Positions 12,524-24,500 of a stretch of DNA of 36,674 nt are shown piece after piece. The notes beneath the pieces were generated by a model. That model was not told the DNA's origin and did not search any database. It saw only the letters and a list, made by a program, of their open reading frames with translations. The position numbers and the translations under genes were made by a program. Numbering within the stretch: the first letter of the stretch is position 1; each line of letters begins with the position of its first letter. Source of the DNA: Octopus bimaculoides (taxonomy: Eukaryota); assembly GCF_001194135.2 (NCBI RefSeq), contig NC_068983.1, forward strand, positions 149,560,600 to 149,597,273. Reading direction: 5' to 3'.

Positions 12524-15500
12524 GCTAACTACTCTTACCCTTATCTCACTACCCACTCTTATACCATTAGAGTACCCTCTAGCCATTCTTCCTCCCACTA
12601 CTCACCTGCATTCAAACTCTGCTCTTACCTGCAACCTTTATTGTACCCTCTAGTCTCTTTCTTCTTGTTGCTCACATTGCATTTACCCTCTGCCTCATTT
12701 TCTATCACTGCCTTCTTACAACTTCTTTGTCTCCTTAATACCTTCACTCAAACTGCCTTCTCTGGCCTTCACCATTGACCCCAAGCTTTTGAAGACCTCT
12801 GGAATAACCCCACTCTTCTTTTCTGAAAACAAGTAAGGATGACAGGAAGAGATCTACTGTATAATCCTGCCTTAAATAACTCCCTCACCAAACCCATGAT
12901 AGCATGGAAAAATGGACATTAAACAAATAAATAAGCATATATAAAGGAGACACACAACAGTATAAACATTCTAGAAATGCAAAGAACTCACTACATTGAT
13001 ATAGTGTAGTTTACAGATTTATTTGAGACCTATTGAGTTAAGTACACCAACATCAACAGCAATATCAAAATCAAATCAAATTATAGTTGTGAGCCCCGTG
13101 CAGGTAGCACATAAAAGGCACCATCCGAACATAGCCGATGCCAGTGCTGCTTTCACTGGCTTTCATGCCAGTAGCACATAAAAAGCACGAAAAAAGCATC
13201 CACTACATTCTCGGAGTGGTTGGCATTAGGAAGCGCATCCAGCTGCAGAAACATTGCCAGATCAGAATGGGGCCGGTGCAGCCTCCTGGCTTCCCAGACC
13301 CCAGTCGAACTGTCCAACCCATGCCAGCATGGAAAACAGACGTTAAACAATGATGATGAAATTATCTAGATATTGAATATAAGTTTCATGTTTTACTGGT
13401 TTTTATTGAATCCTGATACCAAAGCTCTGGAGACAGTCCTTAGTTTTATGTTACAAACTTCCTATTGTAAAGAGTTCTAAATTAAAACCGACCAATAAAA
13501 TTTTGTACTGAATTGTTACAAGTATAACCTCAGCAATAAGAAAGTTAGGATCTTTTTTAAAACGGGGGCCACATTTTTCATTAACGAAACGCTTTGAAAC
13601 TTGGAACACTGGTAGAATGTGTCATATAAAACATCTTTTTCTCTTAGTGTTCTTTAAAAAAAAAGAAATCCATAAGTTATTCCATGTTAAAGTTGTATTT
13701 CTGTAATTTCAACCAATCACTGACGTCCATTCAGCCGATATACATTAAGTGCCGACTACATAAACAAACGATTCTGAAACAATTAACCCTAACCCTAACT
13801 CTAACCCTAACCCTAGGGTTAGGGTTAAAGCAAACTTAAAATGAAAAAAGCAAATAAAACGAAGGTATGGAGATTAAATACGCTTTACATCGCTTAATCA
13901 GCCAAAGGAGTAAATGTAAACAACTGAATACTTGTCAGTGATTAGTTGAAATTATCGAAATAAGACAACTTTTTACATGAAATAAATTCGAATACAGAAA
14001 TATTTTTCTGTTCTATAACACAAAATAGATAAGTATACGAAGTTTGAAAGTCTTTCCGTACCAAAAACACTACGTAAAACATTAATGAAAAATGTGGCCC
14101 CCGTTTTAAAATAGATCCGAAAGTTATTTTACTAAGTTCTTCATTATTTTCAAAATTAATTGAAACAAAGGCAGTGTATTCAAAAAAAAAAATGATATAA
14201 TGGAAGGGCTAAGCAATCAATGAAATAAATGAAACTATTTCAGATTGCTACATAGAATGATGATAATGATGATAAATTATGACCCTATTAAATTATGAAA
14301 CTTGACAATTTAAAACTTTTAGTTATTAAATGCTGGTGTACAAGGTTAACATCAATCATTTGCATGATAATCTTTTTGATATATGACAACATTTTATTCA
14401 TATTAACTTAGAATGTGGATTAATGTATTTTCCAACTATTCAGTTTTCAGCCATTTAGTGAGTTAAAATATTTGAAAAAAATATTTTGATTTTGGGCTGA
14501 CAAAAAGATATTGACTCTGAAACAATATATTAATTTTGTCTGAGAGACAAGTGAAACTCACAGCCTTTGTTACGTTATTGTAATATAGTCCAAGGTATTT
14601 TGATAAACATATGTATAAAGATTTTCCTGGATTTCTAAAAGAATACTCAAGCTGATTAAATTGTCCTTTAAATTTTATTTCTTCTTAACCCAACTAAAGT
14701 GAATTATTTGTTGTAAGTACTGTGGCACAATAAACTATAGGTTTTGAAAGACTTGAATTGGTTAACTAACAACTGAATGGTAAATAATAAATAAAGACTG
14801 TTGTTTAAGAATTTTACTATTGATGCTTGCTATTTCTGTGGTAAAATTGTGTACAGCTTAAGCTAAAATTAACATTAATTCTATTAAAAATTTTAGAATA
14901 TTTTATATTTTTTAATCATAGATAAAAGTTTTAAAAAAAGTGATTAGCAACACATGTACTTGTATCGACTTTAAAACCAAATGACTTTGTGTTTTATATT
15001 TTTTAAGTGTCTGACAATTATTATTATGTATAACTAATTTTATCTGTAAACCTGCTTCATTTTAATGCTTCATTGTAATAAGGAAATGCTTTGTTGAAGG
15101 AAGATTTATCTGTCAGGTGAGATACTGGATAGCTGTGTTCTAATATTTCTTATGAAATCACTTAGGCCTTTGAAAGATCTGCCTGCTCAATAAACCAATT
15201 TCATTAACTAACAACAAACTCTTTTTCTGTTTCAACTCTCAATGGAAAAATATATGCAACTAAATATTTGTAACTGTGTAATAATACATTTTATGCTGCT
15301 GCTTTTTAAGATTTTTAATACAGCTTAAGGAACTCAAGTACTATCTTTGTGGGGCCCCTAGGGTTCCCAGATGCCAGTATGGGGACACTACAATAGGGGT
15401 TTGAAAACAGTCAAACCTTGTGTAAAAAAAAAAAAAAAGAAGTGAAGGTCAATGATCTCGATAATGGAATATTATTTCTTAATTAACATTAGAAATTAAA

Positions 15501-18500
15501 CATCGTATAGGTGCAAGTGTGGTTGCATATTCGAGAAGTTTGCTTCACTGCCACATGGTTCCAGGTCAACCGAAGCCTTGTAAGTGGGTTTGGTAATTTT
15601 GGTTGATGGGAATTGAAAGAAGCCCATCATGTGCCTGTGTGTGTGTGTATGAAAAAATATCTAGTACATTCTGTAAAGTGGTTGGCATTAGAAAAGGCAT
15701 CCAGCTGCAGAAATCATACTAAAGATGGCATTGGAGCTAACACAGCCCTGCAGTTCACTGGTTCCCTGTCAAATCATCCAACCCATGCGATTATGGAAAG
15801 CAGGTGTTAAATGGTGATGATGGTGTGTGTGTGAGTGTGTGTGAGTGTGACTCACACAATAGTTGTGAAAAGATAGTCACTGTCCTACAAGCAGTGTCAT
15901 TCATTTTCATTCTCCTGCTAAAGCATGTCTGGCCATGAGAAAATAAAACCTTGCTTGGAAACAGGTGAGAGTTGATGACAGGAAGAGCATCCAGCCATAG
16001 AAAATCTGCCTCAATAAAATTCTCTGATCTGTGCAAGCATGGAAAAGTACTCAAAACTTTTGAAATTGGTATTTAGTTGTTATCCTGCTCTGAGTTAAAC
16101 TTCTTCATTTTTACAAAAAATAAATCTTTAATTAGACATCAACCTTGTTACTGTTGTATTAACATTTTTTTACATTGTTTTCTAGAGGGTAGAGTTGATG
16201 CTGTTACATTTGCATCTGGAACTGGTGGGACATTTTCAGGTAATATCTTGCTAAAAATATTTCAATTGCAGTGGTTTTGTTTTTTTAATAACTTACAATT
16301 GTGAGGTTTTGACAATGCATAAAAGACACCTCAACAAGAAACACACTTCTATTTCTTTCCACAATGTGTGCCTGTATGCATAAATCTCTCCCCACCCCAT
16401 ATATGTGTGTGTGACATAATTGCCTGCTGACTCTTCTATTTCAATCCACAATGTGTGCCAGTATTCATAAATACCTTACCACCCACATATGTGTGTGTGT
16501 GTGTGTGTGGCAACTTGCTTGAAGACCCTGTGCATCCACAGACGCAACTCAGAGTGGCAAAAGACTGACTCAACCAAAATAAATCTATTTCTAATCTCTA
16601 CTATTGTGTCGAGTATTCTTTTTCACCTTTTCTCTGATAGTTAACATTAAACAACAGGGATATATATATATATTTATATACATACACACATCTAAATATA
16701 GATGCACACACACACACACACACATTCATTCATGCAAAACAAAGTACAATGGTCATCTGCAAGCAAGTATGACAGTCTAGCAAGTAGCATGCTTTCACTA
16801 GATGTCTATTTAGTTATGAGCGGATACAAATGCTTTCTCCACTCTTATGCTCTTGTCTCAAAGGAACATTGAGGATAAGGCAGTGAGAGGGAGTGAGGGT
16901 TGCACCAGTACTCATCTGATACTCAGTTTCAGCTGAGTAGACTGGAGCAATATGACATGAAATGCATTGCTTAAGAACACAACATGCCACTCAGTCCAGG
17001 AATTGAACTTGTGATCTTAAAACAATAAAGTCAACATCCTAATCACTATGTCACATGCCTTGCACGCGCACACACATACACACACACACCCACACACACA
17101 CACACACGCACACACATACACACACACACTTTTTCTTCTCTTAATCTGAGCCCCTTCAATCTATGTAAGTCATAATCATGTTTATATAAAAGACATGCAT
17201 AAATACACAATCTTATTTCTACCACATAATCTCTCTCTTCAGAGGGACCATCACTGCCACATAATCACACCCCCACTGTTCTCTGACAGAAAGGTTTTGT
17301 GCTTGTGAAAGAACATTATTATATTAGTTAAATGTATGAATATCATACAATCTTATTTTCCTTCTCTTACAAATCTGAGAAATTGTGCCTATGTAAATAA
17401 TTGAATATTTTGATAATTTATTCCCTTGTTCCCAACTCTTCCTATAGGTGTGGGTATGTACCTGAAAGAGAAAAATCCTAATATACAGGCTGTTCTTGCT
17501 GACCCACCTGTAAGTTAATTAAGTTTGCTGAAACTTTTAAATTTGATTTTTCCTTAAAAATGTGATTGTAAGATGTTTTCTTCATGTTCTTTATTTCAAT
17601 AATGTGATTTCTCTCTCTGTGTATATATGTAATTGGTAGAATAGATGCATTCTAGTTGTGGAGCATATCACTGTAGGATTTAGAATTCAAATCATATGGT
17701 CCATTTAAAAAAATTCAAAATAATATATTGTGAGAAATTCAGAAAGTACATTACTATGTGTATTAGGAGTGTTTGGAAATAATACTTTATTTTATATATA
17801 TATACGGACTGGTTAAGCGACACTGGCATCAGCTATGGCTACGGTCTCACTTGACTTGCGGGGTCTTCTCAAGCACAGCGTATCTCCAAAGGCCTCGGTC
17901 ATTCTTGTCATTGCCTCTGTGAGGCCCAACGTTCAAAAGTTGCGCTTCACCATTTCATCCCATGTCTTCCTGAGTCTACCTCTTCTACAGGTTCCCTCCA
18001 CTATTAGGGTGTGAGACTTCTTCACGCAGCGGTCCTCATCCATACGCAACATGACCATACCAACACAGTCGTCTCTCTTGCACACCATATCTGCTGCTTC
18101 TTATGTCCAACTTTTCTCTCGGTGCATACACTCAGTCATGTATGCACACTGACATTACACATCCAGCGGAGCATACTAGCTTCATTCCTTTCTAGCCTAT
18201 GCATGTCCTCAGCAGTCACAGCCCATGTTTCACTGCCATGTAGCATGGCTGATCACAGACATGCATCATACAGTATACCTTTCACTCTGAGAGAGAGGCC
18301 CTTTATTATCAGAAGAGGTAAGAGCTCTCTGAACTTTGCCCAGGCTATTCTTATTCTAGCAGCTATGCTCTCAGAGCATCCGCCCCTGCTACTGACTTGG
18401 TCACTTATGTAATGGTAACTATCAACAACTTCTAGTTTTTTCCCCTGGCATGTAATGGAATCTATTTTCTGTGCATCTTCAATGTTTATTGCACCTGTGC

Positions 18501-21500
18501 ATCTGTCACACACAAAAACTATCTTCCCAGTTAACCTTCCTTTGGTACTGCTGCACCTCTTATGTGTCCGTAACTTACACTGGGTATATCTTATGGAGTT
18601 TCTACTTATACTTTTTCTACAGATTGAGCAGAGCCATCTACCTGAAGGGATTTGTGATTTGTCTACCTTCCTACTTACTAAGACTTTGGTTTTTGCTAGG
18701 TTGACTCTAAGGCCCTTCGATTCTACACCTTGCTTCCACACCTGAAACTTCTGTAGTTCTGGTAGTGACTCAACTATTAGAGCAAGGTTATCAGGATAGA
18801 AGAACTCGCAGTTATTGCCTGGAGGACTACAATGAATAAAAGGAGGCTGAGGACTGATCTTTGGTGAACCCCTACTTCTACCCAGAATTCTTCACTATAC
18901 TCATTGCCAACCCTCACCTTACTGACAGCGTCCCTGTATATGTCTCTCACCAACCACTCATCTATCCCTAGTTTCCGTATTGACCACCAAATAAGGGATC
19001 GAGGGACCCTGTCAAAGGCTTTCTCGTGTCAACAAAAGCCAAGTACAGAGATTTACCTTTGGCTGTGTATTTCTCCTGCAGCTGTCTCACCAGAGATATA
19101 GCATCAGTGGTGCTTCTTCCTGGCACAAACCCAAACTGCATCTTGTCTAAACTAATTCTCTCCCTAATTAGTTGGGCTATGACCCTCTCTGTGACTTTCA
19201 TCACCTGATTCAACAATTTGGTACCTCTGTAATCATTCTTGTCTAATGCATCACCTTTACCTTTGTAGCAGTTGACTATGGTGCTGCTACACCAGTCATT
19301 CGGTATGGCTCCTTTATGTACCACTTGGTTCACTATATAGGTCACTAGACTATAGCCTACACTGCCAGATATTTTAAGCATCTCAGTAGTGATTCCTGAT
19401 GGGCTGGGGGCTCTTCCTATCTTCATGCCCTTAATTGCTTTATCTACCAAGGTACTGTCTATTGGAATAGCTGGTCCCTCTGTTGGATTGACGTTTGGCA
19501 ACTCTCTTTCTCCCATTCATTCTCTCCATTTAGCAATCTTTCATAGTGGCCTCTCCAAGTCTCTCTTTGCAGCATCATTAAATGCAAGTGTGCCATCATC
19601 TATGCAGACATTTCGCTCTTATGGCATCTCTCATATACTGTTTTGCAATACGAAACACTTGAAGTCTCTGGTCCTCACGATGCAGAACATTGGTAAATTT
19701 TTTCTTATCTGCTTCCCCTCTGGCTAAGTAAACCTGTTTCCTAGTTTCCCTTCTGGCGATCTGATACAGTTTCCTGCTATCACCACACTTCAAGTCCTTC
19801 CATGCCTGTTTCTTTTCCCTAATGGCCTTGTCAACTACATTGTTCCACCACCACATTACCTTAGGTTGAGAGGGGACTTTGCACCAGCCATAGATCTGGT
19901 CAGTAGCCCTCAACAGGTTTTCCCATAGGAACCTCCAGTTATCCTCCACATTATGTGATGCTATATCCTCTTTTTTGTCAAAAGCTTCAAGTAATACATC
20001 TCTAAATCTCTGTCCATTCAGAGGATCCTTAAGCTTCCAGACCCTTCTTTTCCATGCTGGTCATCTTCTGGGCAGCCATTTAGCCCTGATCTGGAAGTCA
20101 CTAACTACTAACCTATGTTGTGGGGTGCATTGTTCACCTGGGAAAGTTTTGACGTTTATAAGTAGCCATCTTTCTCATTTCCTGGCGAGAATGTAGTCAA
20201 TCTGACTAGTGTGTCCACCAGACTGGTAAGTGAACAGGTGACTGGCAGGTTTCCTGAAGTTAGTATTATAGATCATAAAATCATTTATATGTATTAAAAA
20301 GGGCATCCAGCTGTAGAAACCATCCCAGAACAAACAATGGAGCCTGGTGCAGCTGGCCTTACTAGTTCTTCTCATCATCCAATCCATGCCAGCTTGGAAA
20401 ATGGATGTTAAATGATGATATATATGTGTGTTTGTGTGTAATTTGTTTATATATCTTCTCTTAGTCAAATAGCAATGTATTTGTCTAAATTTTCAAATAT
20501 GTAATAATGTTGGCAGCTATCATATGAGGTGTTTAGTAACAGAGTGTCATAAGTGCCACCCTGGCCATTTTCGAGGTTAGTATATCATTTTCTTTGTCTC
20601 GATGTCTAGAATCCAAAAAAGTTGAGAGGAAGAACCAGTAAGGCTTGCAATAATATCGAAAATCCAGCTGCAAAAAATTGTACCTCGACACTATTGACAC
20701 AACTCTCGCTCACCCAAACTTGAACCAGAGTGTTTAGTAACACATCATTGTAAGCACACACACTCAATCAATAACTTTGGTGTGGTCCTGTATCATTTTC
20801 CAAGGTGTTATGGCTCATTTTCTAATATTCCTTGTTACCATCATAATGATAATGGATAATAATCTTACTATCTTGTCTTACTTACCCCTTAAAGATACTT
20901 ACCTTGTTATATCAAAATACAAACAATACCTTGGGGTGGGGGGTCTCTGTATGTTTTTTCTAGGTACTATGGCTAAAATGTACAATGCAATGCACTGTTT
21001 CATAGTAACCAGTATATTCTACAAAATGAGAAAGATGCAGTCATTGTTTCATCTTCCAAATACATACATAAATAAATAATTTTACATAGGTGAAATGATT
21101 AGAGGAGGTCTTCAGTCATTTTAAGACCAAAACCAGCTTCCTAACTTCATTCCTCGTCAAGATATCACATTCTGAAAGTCATAAAACTTCCACTGCATCT
21201 TTCTCAGCCTCTAAGTTGTGGTGCTTATGACGGTCTGTTACTAAATGTTACTAAATGCCTCATAAGATCTTGAGATCATAAATTAAATATAATGGTTCTA
21301 TGTTTTTATAGGTAAGTTAGATGATGAGAGTAGTAGTAATAATAATAATAATAATAATAATGAACTTATTGTATATAGTGCTCAGGAGCATTACCACTCA
21401 TTAGAAAAAGTAGCTAAAAAGGCATAGACAGTACATACAGTTAATTCACAGAAAGTGAGAAAATGAGCTGTTTTAAAAAGAATAAAAGTTTGGGTGTGAG

Positions 21501-24500
21501 ACATTAGGTGTACTGGTGAAATTCAGGAAGCATGGAAGTTTTGAAGACTGTAGATAATGCTTTTTAGAAACAAAATTATATTTTCGTTTTTTTTATGGAA
21601 CTTTCATATAACTTTTTGAATGGAAAATTTATTTGGAAATGCTCTTATTTAATTTTCTTTTTAATTAAAATGCTATTAAAATTGCTTTTGCTAGGGCAGT
21701 GTTGTCTACAACTGGTTTAAACATGGCAAGCTTGAGAGAGCAGGTGATGTATCCATCACTGAAGGAATTGGCCAAGGAAGAATAACTGGTAACATGCAAG
21801 GAGCTTTAGTTGATGATGCTTTGTTAGTTTCAGATTCAGAATCTGTGGAAATGGTAAGTTTTTGTAACTAATAAACTTTGTGGAACTTCCTTTAGTCATG
21901 ACTACCATGGATTTCTGCACCTGGTAAGGTCCTCTCCATAGTGTAGATAAGAACAAATTGTTTTTTTTTTAACAGTTGCTCATGCATGCAAGTCTCTATG
22001 CTACTGATGATGTCTCAGGGAAAGGCAAGGCTTGCTTGGTACCACTGTCATTGCAAATGAACCTATCAGAGCATAAGAACCATAAAATGCTGCAAGATGT
22101 GTTGTCTAATGCTTTACCATTTCCAACAATCTTATCACCCTGCATGGGGACTTTTTTATTGACTCTTAAAAAGATGAAAAGTGAAGTTGATCTCAGCAGG
22201 ATTGAACTCAGAGCATAGAGAATCAGAATAAATACTGTGAGGTATCCCGACACCATAAGAACTCTGTTAATTTCCCACCTTTAGTCAATTCTCCCACTCA
22301 AATGGTAATTATTCCAGTCGTGGCCATCCCATTTTTTATTCAGATGTAGTCTAAGAACATATTACCTAATGTGCTCTTTCTTTCTTTTAAGATGTGCAGG
22401 CATGGCTGTGTGGTTGAGAAATTTACTTTCCAGCCTTTTGGTTTCAGGTTCAGTCCCATTAAGTGACACTTTGGGCATCTGTCTTCCACTATATCCTTGT
22501 GAGTAGATTTGGTAGACAGAAACTGAATGAAGCCTGTCGTCTATATGTATGTGTGTACCCTTGTCTTGATATCATGTGATGGTTGTAAACAAGCATCACC
22601 TTCATATAATTGATGTTCATTTCCAGTATGTGAAAAACATGTCTGGCTATAGAGAAATATCACTTTGCTTGGAGGGTTGGTAACTGGATGAGTATTCAGC
22701 TGTAGAAAACCTTCAACAAAATCCATCTGATTAGCATGAGAAATTAAAATGATGACAACAATAATGACAGGGTATTTAATGATGATTTGGCTGATATTTT
22801 TTGTGGGTTATGTAAAGTTTCCCTCATTGGCTAGAATCACAGAGGTTCACAAAACTTCAATGTAACTCTATTTTCTGTAATGAAAAGTAGGTAGTAGATA
22901 AATTCCTCACTAGAGAGTAAGTTAACATATTTCAGTTAATTTTCATGTTACCTGTAAACACCTGGTTATAAGTCTTCCAACTAAAGGAAGTAGAATTAAA
23001 TGTCTGCAGGTGAAAGTTTCATAGTAGGATAGACTTGATGACTTTCGAGATTGTAATCTGTTATCTTGACTATTAATCTGCCATTTCAACCTTGTCTAAT
23101 GCTACTCTGCTCAAACATTAATTGGGTTAGAACTCATAGCATTAGAGTCAATAATTCTGCATTTAATACACAGCCACTGTGATGTCAAGAATGAAAATGG
23201 CACGAGAACTTAGCAGTTGTAAGATTAGGATCCATGACCTCTGATCTCATTTTCATGAATCAAAGTCATGTTTTTCTCTATGATTGTTTCAGTCTCCTTA
23301 GCTGCTAACAGATACAACACCTACTATACAGTTCAGGTAACATAGTTGTTCAGTCTTTGATTTAATTTATGAGATGAAGAATCAATATACCTTGATATAG
23401 TGACACTAGCATCCTCACCCAGATGAAGATGATCTAAATATATCTATGCTTAGTAATAGCTATAAAAAATTTTTTCCAGTAACAATATGCAAATATCTTG
23501 CAATGAAATGTAGAAACACAACAGCAAAAGTGAAAAACATGGATATCTGTCTCCCTATAGTATTTATTATAGCATTTAAATTTTCTGTTAATATAAATTT
23601 TGAAGTTCTAGCAATGGCCGTTGTCAAATTATTAGTAATACTCTTTTACTCGTTTCACTCCTTGAACTACAGCCATTTTGGGACAACACTTTTATTGGGG
23701 ATTTTAGTCAAGTATATCAACCCTAGTATTTAGTTTGGTATTAATTTTATCAAACAGTTTATGTTCTTTTAGTGGATCACTTCCATTCTAAGAACTTACT
23801 ACAATGTATTTTAGATTAGTTTACACTAGTACACTTTCACACACATACATGCATATATGTATAAAAATATATGTACACACACACATACATATACATGTCA
23901 TTTGTAAGGCGGCGAACTGGCAGAAACATTAGCACGCCGGGCGAAATGCTTAGCGGTATTTCGTCTGCCGCTACATTCTGAGTTCAAATTCTACCGAGGT
24001 CGACTTTGCCTTTCATCCTTTCGGGGTCGATCAAATAAGTACCAGTTACGCACTGGGGTCGGTATAATCGACTTAATCCGTTTGTCCCCTCTGTGTGTAG
24101 CCCCTTGTGGGTAGTAAAGAAATAATACATGTCATTTGTTGGCACCAGTGGTGCACCAGCATGACCGCAGCCACTTGGCTGAAACACATAAATAAATAAA
24201 TTAGGAAGGGCATCCAGCCATAGAAACCATGTCAAAGCAAACATTGGAACATGATGTCCTTCAAAGTGTTAAATCCTGTCAAACTGTCCAACCCATGCCA
24301 GCATGAAAGGCAGACATTAAAAGTTGATGATTCATTCTTTCTTTGTTTTTCCATACTAGAATGGTTAAGCAAATATGTATATTCTGAGTTTAGTTTGACT
24401 GACTCTGTCCTTTTCTATGAAGTTGTAACTTTGTGTCTTTGTAAGAAATTGTAAAACAAGAAAACTGATTATAGAAAAAGTATGAGATCTTATTTCCATT

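Noticed and set aside
13784-13827. Telomere-telomere fusion relic
   Set aside because: Order is (CCCTAA)n then (TTAGGG)n, the reverse of a fusion junction, and it lies inside a MITE with TSDs.
22880-23240. Possible very old RT remnant
   Set aside because: No motif clear enough to support a call without a profile search.
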